Below, in pieces: positions 34,383 to 42,815 of a DNA stretch of 64,000 nucleotides (its first letter is position 1; the number at the start of each line of letters is the position of its first letter). The DNA is from a virus. The notes beneath the pieces were generated by a model, which was not told the DNA's origin, ran no database searches, and worked only from the letters and a program-made list of their open reading frames with translations. Location of the stretch: positions 36,407-100,406 of the IMG/VR virus record IMGVR_UViG_3300036981_000377, one strand, 5' to 3'. The position numbers and the translations under genes were made by a program.

Positions 34383-34826
34383 TTATGAGTCACAGTAGAT
34401 GACGATCTTACAACCACAACGTCGCGCAAGCTTAATTACTGCGTTGGCGTAAACAGATACAGGTAGCTCCCTATCTATAAATCCGCCGGTGATTAACGCC
34501 TGCAGCCCTAACTGGGCATATCCGCGATTTCTAAGCTCAGGGTCGGTGAAACACTCGACTGTCTGCGCCATTATTTTTTCGCCTTTGAAGCGTTCGGGCC
34601 ACAATCTTGTGCCAACCCACGCCACTAAAAGGCTATTGTGCCACACAAGGGCAATAGCCATTTCTGGGTGCGGGCCGGGTGTAGGGCTTAGATAGCGCTT
34701 TTCGAGTTCTTTTTGAATAGAACTGTCGCTGCCAGAATTCGGCCAAGACAAGCGCGTGTAGATCGCTGTCACGTCGGTAACCGCGAGCTTGTTGATATCG
34801 CGGATACGAATCTCAAATTCGTTCAT
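34383..34826 (-). CDS. GNAT-like acetyltransferase
   Basis: FTDPELRNRGYA resembles acetyl-CoA motif A (V.P..R..G.A). Confidence 0.6.
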   Translation of the reverse strand: MNEFEIRIRDINKLAVTDVTAIYTRLSWPNSGSDSSIQKELEKRYLSPTPGPHPEMAIALVWHNSLLVAWVGTRLWPERFKGEKIMAQTVECFTDPELRNRGYAQLGLQALITGGFIDRELPVSVYANAVIKLARRCGCKIVIYCDS

Positions 34827-34862
34827 GGCGGGCACTCCGTTGCCTACCACTTATTATACGAA

Positions 34863-34935
34863 AGCCGGCGGTCGGACTCGAACCGACGACCTGCTGATTA
34901 CAAATCAGCGGCTCTACCAACTGAGCTACACCGGC
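34863..34935 (-). tRNA. tRNA-Thr(TGT), no encoded CCA
   Basis: GCCGGTG TA GCTCAGTTGGTAGAGC, anticodon arm CTGAT-TTGTA-ATCAG region, T arm GTCGG-TTCGAGT-CCGAC. Confidence 0.96.
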
Positions 34936-34939
34936 AGTT

Positions 34940-35254
34940 TTAATCTACGTCGTCTATGTCGTCTTCAAACTCTTCTTCGTAGATCTCGTCTTCGTCTTCG
35001 TCCTCGTCCTCGTCTTCGTCTTCGTCTGACCACTCAAGGTCGTCGTCGGCATCTAGCTCGTCGTCGTCGTCATCTTCGTCGGCGTACCAGTCTACATTTA
35101 CGCGCGGTGGACTAAAGTCAGAGTCGTCGTCGTCACTTTCTTCGTCGTCGTCTACAAACTGCCAATCTTCGTCAATAAAGTCGTCGTCGTAGCTCTCGTC
35201 TCGGCGTGAGCTGGCGGGTGAATTAACGGAAGGATCAAACCAGTTTGCGGACAT
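34940..35254 (-). CDS. Highly acidic protein
   Basis: About 56 of 104 residues are D/E, no Lys; TAAGGAG SD. Confidence 0.7.
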   Translation of the reverse strand: MSANWFDPSVNSPASSRRDESYDDDFIDEDWQFVDDDEESDDDDSDFSPPRVNVDWYADEDDDDDELDADDDLEWSDEDEDEDEDEDEDEIYEEEFEDDIDDVD

Positions 35255-35264
35255 CTAAAGCTCC

Positions 35265-37895
35265 TTAGCCGGCATTTTTTTCTTCTGTAGTTTTGTAGTC
35301 GCTCCAGAACATATCGCACCACTCACGTTTAATTAAAAAACCCGGCGATTTGTGAACAATCTCTTCTCCACAAAATACGCCTTGTTTTGTAAAACAGTGT
35401 AGCAAAGCTATCCAATTTGGAACAATGCCGGTTTTAATTAAATACGTATCAATTGCTTTACGGCTTAACCACCAATGGTCTTTCCCGCGGACCACGTAAT
35501 TTTGCGACTGCGTTTTAAAGCGGGGCCTCGGCAAAATGTCTATTTTTCCAGTGCAGATAGCTTTGTTTAGCTCTAGCATGAGCGCTTCGTGCGCTGTGTC
35601 TGGCTGCATTATAATTTGCTCTGCAGCGCTAAGATTAAATGTCGTACCGTATGTTTCGTCTAGCCATTTGTGCGCATCTCTAAGCACCGCGGGTAAAAGT
35701 TTTGCGCCGATGGCTCCGAAGCCCATACGTTGCCGCAAGACTCTTTGAATGTACGCCGGCACGATAAATCGCAGTGGCGTGAGGTCTGCTGTAAAGCTAG
35801 GGCAAGCTAGTGGGGCTATTCCCGTCCAACCGTAAGTCAACGCGGCGGGTAAACCAGCCGCCGTAACCTTAAGCAGCACAGGGCGATTAGGGTATCTGAT
35901 TATGCTGCTGGAGATATAGGTGTCGGTTTCGTGCGGCGAATAAATCAAGCTCGGGCCTGCCGCGCTTTTTATTGCTGTTCCGATAGACGTGCGGCTAGCT
36001 TGATATATGGCTCCAATCTCGCTGATGGTGCAGTTAAGCGCTTTGCCGCAGTTAATCGCGCTAGTGTATGCGTCTGAGCGTATTGCAACGCTGGTAGGCG
36101 GAATGTTCAGTATGGGCGCAATCATGTCAGTTAACACGGCTGCTGTGACCGCCCAGACAAACGCATTCTCGTGCGACGGGGTTAGTAGGTTGTGAATCGA
36201 GAGCGGCGCGGCAATGCTGGGCTCCGGGAAATCAAATTGCCGATTGGTCTGCAACTGCGAACATACGGCCGGCGTAATAGCGCCGTCGTTGGTGAGCGAA
36301 TAAGCCGCAAAATGGAACTCGCGTGTTTTGTCGTCCCAGCCCGGGGTGTTTGATACTGTGACTACCGGCGGCGGGTGAAGTCTAAGTGCAATCTCAGTCG
36401 CGCGGGTATCCCATCGCGGGGCGGTAATTACCAATTCGCCACGGGCGGCAAACAACTGCCCGGCGTACGTTAGCAAGCCCACTCGTTCTATGCGCGAGGC
36501 CGGGGAGAAAAACTCTACGATCTGATCGGTCTTTTTTACGTAACCCTCGTAATACTTGTCGCCCTTTTCGGTGTAAATAACGCGGGTAATTACTGGAACG
36601 CAATTTGTTACACACAGGCCGCTTGCCGTAAACCAACCGCCGTCGCGCTCAATTACCTCAAAGTTTACATTTTTGTTCGGCGCAATTCCGTGATGTGGCT
36701 GCACCTGTTCAATAATCTTTATTACGGCTAATTCTGGCAACGCTGTTTTATCTTTTAAGAATTGCTGCAGTTTTTCCCGAGGGACATGCAGCTTAGACGC
36801 AAACGCCACGGCTTCCGTTTGATTTAAGCTGTTCACGTGATTTTCAAGCGTCGTCTGCCACGTTGACGCTGATTTGTATATTCGGCTGAGCTGGCGCATT
36901 GTCTGTACCGGCATTGTCGGCTGCGGCTCTGATACGACATCGGTAACACAGACGTATCCTCTTGAGTTGGCTGCCTGAGAAATAAGTTCCGGCGTAACAC
37001 TGCTGCCTGCAAACATTTTTTTAGTTTGCGGGAAATTGTGCAGTGTAGTTGCGTGGCTTATTGCCTCGTGCCCGATGTAACTAGCGCATACTGGCAGTCG
37101 GGCAGTGTCGTGCCGCAGTTGCGTGATGTGCGTTTTTAAAGCCCAGCACGGGTCGTCAGATATAAATAGCGCCTCGTTAAGCGGCGAGCCAGTCGGTAGG
37201 AGCGCGTTTTGCAACAAAAAATAACCAGAATCAACGCGACGCAGCCGGGTTGCCATATTCGGCACGTACGCTGTTTTTGTTTCTGTTTCTGTTCCGTGCT
37301 GCATAAACAGAAAGCCAGTATGATGATTAGGCAGATCATAATACGGAAACACAATAATCGGGTGCCGCGGGCGCATGTGGCGCGGAAAAGACCGACCAAT
37401 GCTGGCGCAGAATTCAACGCCGCGGGTACCCGGAACAGTGCCTATGAGGCCGAGGCAGGGTATTTCCCGCGATATGCCGTATTCGCGGTATTTTTGCAAA
37501 ATGATATCATTCGCATTAACCCACAGGCTTTCGGCTGCTTCTGTCCAAAATTCATGCGCTGCTCGTTGCCGGTCGTTTAAACGCAAAATATCGGACACGT
37601 CTTCGCTATTTGCCCGACCGGCGACCAGTCCGCTGTCAACTAGCCGGTCGATCGCGGCTGTTATGTCTACCTTCCAGATTTGCGCTGCGAATGTTATGAT
37701 ATTTCCGTGGGCCGAGCAGGTATTGCAGTTTAACCAGATATCTTCTCGGACCGTATTATCAAAAGCGTAAAGTGTCGTCTCCCCACAGAACGGACAGCCG
37801 AGCACGGTAGGAAAAGACGAGTTTTCCACCGAAAGGCCAATAAAGGCTAGCGCGTTCGTGTGGTTGTGGCGGCGGATTATGGAGCTAATTAGCAT
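35265..37895 (-). CDS. Large protein with N-terminal primase-type zinc finger (putative replication protein)
   Basis: CPFC...CNTC..GNIITF resembles the DnaG/CHC2 zinc-binding domain; no clear TOPRIM or Walker motifs seen. Confidence 0.6.
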   Translation of the reverse strand: MLISSIIRRHNHTNALAFIGLSVENSSFPTVLGCPFCGETTLYAFDNTVREDIWLNCNTCSAHGNIITFAAQIWKVDITAAIDRLVDSGLVAGRANSEDVSDILRLNDRQRAAHEFWTEAAESLWVNANDIILQKYREYGISREIPCLGLIGTVPGTRGVEFCASIGRSFPRHMRPRHPIIVFPYYDLPNHHTGFLFMQHGTETETKTAYVPNMATRLRRVDSGYFLLQNALLPTGSPLNEALFISDDPCWALKTHITQLRHDTARLPVCASYIGHEAISHATTLHNFPQTKKMFAGSSVTPELISQAANSRGYVCVTDVVSEPQPTMPVQTMRQLSRIYKSASTWQTTLENHVNSLNQTEAVAFASKLHVPREKLQQFLKDKTALPELAVIKIIEQVQPHHGIAPNKNVNFEVIERDGGWFTASGLCVTNCVPVITRVIYTEKGDKYYEGYVKKTDQIVEFFSPASRIERVGLLTYAGQLFAARGELVITAPRWDTRATEIALRLHPPPVVTVSNTPGWDDKTREFHFAAYSLTNDGAITPAVCSQLQTNRQFDFPEPSIAAPLSIHNLLTPSHENAFVWAVTAAVLTDMIAPILNIPPTSVAIRSDAYTSAINCGKALNCTISEIGAIYQASRTSIGTAIKSAAGPSLIYSPHETDTYISSSIIRYPNRPVLLKVTAAGLPAALTYGWTGIAPLACPSFTADLTPLRFIVPAYIQRVLRQRMGFGAIGAKLLPAVLRDAHKWLDETYGTTFNLSAAEQIIMQPDTAHEALMLELNKAICTGKIDILPRPRFKTQSQNYVVRGKDHWWLSRKAIDTYLIKTGIVPNWIALLHCFTKQGVFCGEEIVHKSPGFLIKREWCDMFWSDYKTTEEKNAG

Positions 37896-39075
37896 GAATA
37901 TGTTAGACCACACGCAAGACATCAGCGGTCGTGAAACCCATCGTCTTCTGTCGCTCTACCCCGCGCCCGACTTTGTTAAAAACGCCAATCATGAGCGCCT
38001 GCATGGCGACCGTGAAAAACTGGCCCGGCATCTTTACGCCGAGCCCTTTAAGCAAATTTACCCGTGTCACACCGCTGCTGCAACATGGATGTCGTCTTTA
38101 TGGTTTGCCGAGAAGCGGGCCGAGTTTGACGATAAGACCGCCGCGGCGGTCGCGGAGCGTCTGGACGCGTCTGCCAAATACTTCGGTATCGGCGGGTTAA
38201 TCGCGGCGTTAACTGAGAAAGTAGCGGCTGACGCGGGCAACGAACTAACCAAGCTATCGGACGAGAGTTTTGCCATTGTTTGGCGGGACGAGGTTGGTGG
38301 GGTGGAGCGGCACTGGCCAATGCGCAACGCGACCGAGGTAAAGTTTGCTGCGGCACACTTTAAGAAATACCGCGACGAGTTTGTCTTTGCTGACCGGCAT
38401 AAAATTGCCAATAATATCTTAGACAAAGCTCTAGAATACGGCGCCGATGTCAGCCCAGCCGAGGGCACGCTTGAGACGACAGCTGGGCGTGGTCTATGCG
38501 CCACAAAGGTCGCAGCGCAGCTTCTACGCGGTCGGGCTCAGTTGACGCGGCGGACGTACGCCAACCTTAGCGCCGAGATGGAAAAACTGGCTACTCTTAT
38601 CGAGGCCAATCCCGGTGAAACGCAAAACGAGGAGTGCCGCTTAAAGCTAGCTTCCGTTGTTGACCAGTTTGATCGCGAGACGAAGCTTTACCGGCTTTAC
38701 GACGACAAGGGCCTAGACCGACCCGAAGACGTTTTGTTTGCGATCACTGAAAAGGTAGCTCGAGACTTTACAAGCGAAAACGTCGAGACCACCACCGGCA
38801 ATGTATATGCGCTTGCCGATCTTGAGAAACTGGCTGTCGAAGACATCCGGTCGTGGATGGGTGACGATTTCGCTTCCGCTATTTCTGCGGGTGGCGTATT
38901 CACAGACCGCGACAAGCTTGCGGCTATTGTCCCCACCCTCGACCGCGGCATGGCTGCTATGCTGGATCGCCTAATGCAGGAAAAGAAGGCATCCCCAGTA
39001 GCCACCAACGCCGCGGCCGAGTCCTTAATGCCGCTGGATCGGCTTTATGACTTAGCCGCTGAGTCCAACACTTGA
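37894..39075 (+). CDS. Hypothetical protein rich in KxA motifs (possible head/internal virion protein)
   Basis: Long plus-strand ORF; GGAG SD before ATG 37894. Confidence 0.8.
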   Translation: MNMLDHTQDISGRETHRLLSLYPAPDFVKNANHERLHGDREKLARHLYAEPFKQIYPCHTAAATWMSSLWFAEKRAEFDDKTAAAVAERLDASAKYFGIGGLIAALTEKVAADAGNELTKLSDESFAIVWRDEVGGVERHWPMRNATEVKFAAAHFKKYRDEFVFADRHKIANNILDKALEYGADVSPAEGTLETTAGRGLCATKVAAQLLRGRAQLTRRTYANLSAEMEKLATLIEANPGETQNEECRLKLASVVDQFDRETKLYRLYDDKGLDRPEDVLFAITEKVARDFTSENVETTTGNVYALADLEKLAVEDIRSWMGDDFASAISAGGVFTDRDKLAAIVPTLDRGMAAMLDRLMQEKKASPVATNAAAESLMPLDRLYDLAAESNT

Positions 39076-39260
39076 GCGCACGTTTCAAGTACGCTTTTTA
39101 GCTGCTTGATCTGCTCTCGCAGCTCAGCCACAGCGTCGACTCGCTCCTCCGCGAGGGTTTTCTCGTACGCAATACAAACGCGCAATTTAATATTCTCTGC
39201 TTGAAGCGTTTCAATTTGAGCGCGATAGCCTTGGCTAAAAACGTTACTCAGTAAACCCAT
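39045..39260 (-). CDS. Small coiled-coil protein
   Basis: AGGAG SD; the start codon lies in a GGA-loop hairpin. Confidence 0.65.
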   Translation of the reverse strand: MGLLSNVFSQGYRAQIETLQAENIKLRVCIAYEKTLAEERVDAVAELREQIKQLKSVLETCAQVLDSAAKS

Positions 39261-39324
39261 CCGTGAGTTTTCTCCTAGGTGTCTTTCCAGTAAACTGCCA
39301 GAAACAATTTTACGGCCAGCTATT

Positions 39325-39546
39325 TTAAGTTGCCGGCTTTGACATCTTCATAGTCGGCGACAGCGCTGCTCGTTGCGCGCTGATGTCAAACTTAAATTTG
39401 CTAATTAGCTCTGTGCGCAATATTGGCACGTCTGGTGCTGTCTCGATGCCGATTTTTACCGCGCCGTTTTTTAGCTCTACTACAGTTATCTTGACGTTAT
39501 TGCCAATTTGAATCGACTCGTTTAACCGCCGCGTTAAAACTAACAC
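39325..39546 (-). CDS. csrA: Carbon storage regulator CsrA/RsmA homolog
   Basis: MLVLTRRLNESIQIGNNVKITVV...VKIGIETAPDVPILRTEL matches the CsrA signature; AAGGA SD, GTG start. Confidence 0.92.
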   Translation of the reverse strand: MLVLTRRLNESIQIGNNVKITVVELKNGAVKIGIETAPDVPILRTELISKFKFDISAQRAALSPTMKMSKPAT

Positions 39547-39556
39547 GTTAATTCCT

Positions 39557-40237
39557 TTACCGATTTAAAGATTCTGAAAGTGTTTTGGTGACATGTTCGG
39601 TCGTGCCGTTTACAAGTTGAACAGCCTGCAACTGCGCTATTAGCATTATCGCTTTTTGCTGCACTATTTTATTGATCTCTTCTGTCTTGCCGGCTTCTAC
39701 GTCATAAATCGCCGCGAACATTTCCGGATCATCAGCAAATTGATTAGCAGCGTCAGAGACGTTGGCTCGCCGCAGCGCTATCCGCAATACGTCTGGCGCA
39801 TTGATGATCCCTTCTTGATCAAGCACAGCGCCGATATAAGCTCGGATCTCTTCGTTGAACGGCTCTGCATTGTCCTCGTCTGGCGGACAGATTAGCAACC
39901 CCTCGGTCAAACCCCACGCTATTTCTGCGCTATCGGCCGGGTCGAACATGTCTGGCCGATACGTGTCGCCGCTCAACACGTTGCACGCTACGATGAAGTC
40001 TGGAAGGCTTTGGTAGAACGTATCCGACGTCAGGATGTTGATCGCCATCATCAGTTTGTCGAACACTGCTTGCGGCAGGTCTACGTCAAATTCTTCTTCG
40101 ACCTCGAGCGTAATGGTTGCAGGATCCCACTGCAGCCCCTCGACGCCAAACCGGTCAAGAAACACTGTCAGCAGGACAATCCCGAACGTCTGCGGGCTTT
40201 TCCACATCTCTTTCAGAATTTTGGCGTCTATCGGCAT
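39557..40237 (-). CDS. Hypothetical acidic protein
   Basis: 226 aa, GAGGA SD. Confidence 0.8.
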   Translation of the reverse strand: MPIDAKILKEMWKSPQTFGIVLLTVFLDRFGVEGLQWDPATITLEVEEEFDVDLPQAVFDKLMMAINILTSDTFYQSLPDFIVACNVLSGDTYRPDMFDPADSAEIAWGLTEGLLICPPDEDNAEPFNEEIRAYIGAVLDQEGIINAPDVLRIALRRANVSDAANQFADDPEMFAAIYDVEAGKTEEINKIVQQKAIMLIAQLQAVQLVNGTTEHVTKTLSESLNR

Positions 40238-40679
40238 GGTGTCCGTTCCTCTGACTAATTTTGCGTTTTCCGCGGTTGTAAAGCTCTAACAGATTATACG
40301 ATATGGTCTCTAAGGGCGGCACCAGCGGCTCCACCACGACCTCGCCGGAGCTGAGGTCTAAAAACCCGCGACCACCAGACCACACGCAATATAGCCCGTC
40401 TACTAAACATATTTGCGTAAACTGCTGTGCCGCTGCGCCCTGCCACGCGGCGGCTGATTCAGTCAAAATTAAAGCGCGTTGCTCTGCCGTTAAATTAATA
40501 TTTTCCAGCATTTCTGCCAGCAGCAGGGCCATCAATAAAACCGGCGCTGGCTCGTCGTCGGGCTCCGGAATTTGCTGGTTTACGGTCGCTAAAATATTGC
40601 GTATCTGCAGCTTGCTGAGTTTAATGACCTCAGTTACCATATGCCATGTGATCAGTTCTTCGTTACTGGAGGTTTCCAT
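40155..40679 (-). CDS. Hypothetical protein
   Basis: Start re-called at ATG 40679 (METSSNEE) after AAGGA. Confidence 0.65.
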   Translation of the reverse strand: METSSNEELITWHMVTEVIKLSKLQIRNILATVNQQIPEPDDEPAPVLLMALLLAEMLENINLTAEQRALILTESAAAWQGAAAQQFTQICLVDGLYCVWSGGRGFLDLSSGEVVVEPLVPPLETISYNLLELYNRGKRKISQRNGHHADRRQNSERDVEKPADVRDCPADSVS

Positions 40680-40953
40680 GCTTTCGATCCTTGACGATTT
40701 AACTCGGCTATCCAACAACCGCGGCGACTTTGTAGTGCAGGGAGATGATATCGAAACGCTAATGGCAGCGTCAACGTCAAACATCGTCTTGCAGAAAGCC
40801 GCTGAACAGGGCTTAAACCGCCCGGGTGTCTCTAACGCTAGCGGACCGTATCCTGTTGACGCGGACGGCAAGTGCGACGACGAACTGATGCTTCGAAAGC
40901 GCGGACCTGTGGTTGGCTACCGGCGCGACTTTGTCGTGCTTGCAGGCCTTTAA
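40678..40953 (+). CDS. Hypothetical protein (MLSILDDL...)
   Basis: GGAGG SD 5 nt before ATG 40678; followed by a terminator. Confidence 0.72.
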   Translation: MLSILDDLTRLSNNRGDFVVQGDDIETLMAASTSNIVLQKAAEQGLNRPGVSNASGPYPVDADGKCDDELMLRKRGPVVGYRRDFVVLAGL

Positions 40954-40986
40954 TCACTCGACGGCGATCGTAGCTCCAGCTTTGAA

Positions 40987-41019
40987 TGCGACACACCCAT
41001 GTGTTTTGGGTGTGTCGCA
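40987..41019. terminator. Bidirectional terminator between convergent genes
   Basis: TGCGACACACCCA/TGGGTGTGTCGCA 13-bp stem. Confidence 0.75.
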
Positions 41020-41038
41020 GCTTTTCGTACTTATTGCG

Positions 41039-41515
41039 CTACTCGTGCCCAAACTTCTTAATATGGGCTAGTCGGGCAGCGTAAAACTGCGCAATCATTA
41101 GCGAGACGCCGTCAAAGTTTTTTACGATGTCCGGCAAAATTTTAGAGTGAAAAATTTTATTGACAGTTTTTTGCAGCTCTTCGATTGCCGCCTGTGTGTA
41201 GCGCGCATCGGCCGCCCGCATTGTAGCTTCGCGAATTTCTGGTGACTGATCGAGCAGTATCTGCAAATACTTTGGGCAGATAAACTGCGCGTCATGTCCG
41301 TAACGCAGCATTGTTTTAGCCGTTTCCTGCGGCGCGCGAAACGCTGGCGGCCCGGCGTCTGGATCTTTTTTGTTTTCAGACTTTGGATCTGGCAACCGCA
41401 AACTGTGCAACTCCCAGTTATAAGCTTCGGCGCTTTCGTTTGGCGGCGGCATGAGATAAGCAGGCTTTGGCGCTGCTTTTTTATCGGGGTCTTTCAACGA
41501 ACGCTTTTTAGCCAT
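41039..41515 (-). CDS. Hypothetical protein
   Basis: 158 aa, GAGG SD. Confidence 0.7.
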   Translation of the reverse strand: MAKKRSLKDPDKKAAPKPAYLMPPPNESAEAYNWELHSLRLPDPKSENKKDPDAGPPAFRAPQETAKTMLRYGHDAQFICPKYLQILLDQSPEIREATMRAADARYTQAAIEELQKTVNKIFHSKILPDIVKNFDGVSLMIAQFYAARLAHIKKFGHE

Positions 41516-41633
41516 AAAACCTCAATAGCTAAGGAAAATCGAGAATAGCTAAACCAATGTCAAGGTCGTACCGGCGAGCATTTGCAAAAATAGATGATTT
41601 GCAAATGTCGCGGTACAGACCTCGAGCATTTAG

Positions 41634-41879
41634 TTAGTAGGGCGTAATCGGCGCTTGCGCGTTGAGTCGCAAGCATAGCAGATAATGATCGCACTGCATG
41701 GCGACCACCGGCGCTTCAGACGGCGCGCAATCTTCAATCAACTTATTCCGCAACCACCGATCCTGCTGGAGCGGCTCGTGCGGATATGCCTCGACGGCCT
41801 TGTCGTGAAGTTTTGCGACAAGGCTATCAATCCTTTTAATAAGCGGCCGATCGAGAGCCGCAGAGACACCAAGTTGCAT
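41634..41879 (-). CDS. Hypothetical protein
   Basis: GGAGG SD before MQLGVS. Confidence 0.65.
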   Translation of the reverse strand: MQLGVSAALDRPLIKRIDSLVAKLHDKAVEAYPHEPLQQDRWLRNKLIEDCAPSEAPVVAMQCDHYLLCLRLNAQAPITPY

Positions 41880-41965
41880 TTGAACCTCCGTGACAAGCAG
41901 AGCGCGCCGTTGACAACACACAATAGCGCATCTAATATGCCACGATTTTGCTAAAAATTTAGCTG

Positions 41966-42268
41966 TTAAAAAGTGGTCGTTAAAGTTTGACCAGTAGCCG
42001 ACACTGAGACGACTTTTACTTGCGCGGCGTCTAGTAGCTCTTTTAGCTTTATGCGATTTTCTTGGCTCATGCCAGACAGGCACGTTTTAATCGCGCGTAG
42101 GGCTGCGCGTTGTTTATCCGCGCGGGCCTTAGCGCAAGAGCCGCAGCCGGTTGAGGCCGGCATTATCGCGTCTTTCTGTCCAGATAGGCACGGCAGCGCG
42201 CTGGTGAACTTTTCATCTTGCACCATGCGGGCTATCGTACTGTCTTCAATTACAACAATTGGTTTCAT
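41966..42268 (-). CDS. Small Cys-containing protein (CGSC)
   Basis: Start at MKPIVV; last gene of the structural run. Confidence 0.65.
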   Translation of the reverse strand: MKPIVVIEDSTIARMVQDEKFTSALPCLSGQKDAIMPASTGCGSCAKARADKQRAALRAIKTCLSGMSQENRIKLKELLDAAQVKVVSVSATGQTLTTTF

Positions 42269-42272
42269 AGTG

Positions 42273-42815
42273 TCACAAGCTGGAGCCGCTGGATGAGCTG
42301 CTCGTGTTAGGCTCGCCTCCAAGCCAGATTTCTCCGGCGGGTTCAATACGATCCATCAATTCGAGTGTTTCTCGTAAGCTGTAAACATCAGCAGCAACAT
42401 CGCGCACAAAAGCGTAAACTTCTGTCCGGGACCGCACAACGACGTCTACATAGTTTAATCGAAACCACTCTGGCCGGTCGCCCGGAATTGGCTCGTCTTC
42501 TGGAAACTCTTCTAGGTCGGCGGGCGAGCACACATGATCGAAAGAGCCGACGCGCTCATTCTCGCCCGGCTTTAGCGGTAACATAAGATAAGCGAATACT
42601 TTATCCGGCATAAGCGCGGCGTCGGTTGCCTCTATGCGAACGCGGATTCCGTCGGTGCTGTGGTAGTTGTAGCGGCTAACGTACCACGACAGATGTATAC
42701 GCCTGCCCGACGCGGTGCTGTTTGCAACAGGCAACTCCGGCTGCGCAAACTGCTGGCCTATTAAGCGGTCAAGTTCGACAAAATCGGCGTCTGTTAACGG
42801 ATTGCACTGGCTCAT
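42273..42815 (-). CDS. Hypothetical protein with C-terminal poly-Ser
   Basis: 180 aa, ends TSSSSSGSSL. Confidence 0.75.
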   Translation of the reverse strand: MSQCNPLTDADFVELDRLIGQQFAQPELPVANSTASGRRIHLSWYVSRYNYHSTDGIRVRIEATDAALMPDKVFAYLMLPLKPGENERVGSFDHVCSPADLEEFPEDEPIPGDRPEWFRLNYVDVVVRSRTEVYAFVRDVAADVYSLRETLELMDRIEPAGEIWLGGEPNTSSSSSGSSL

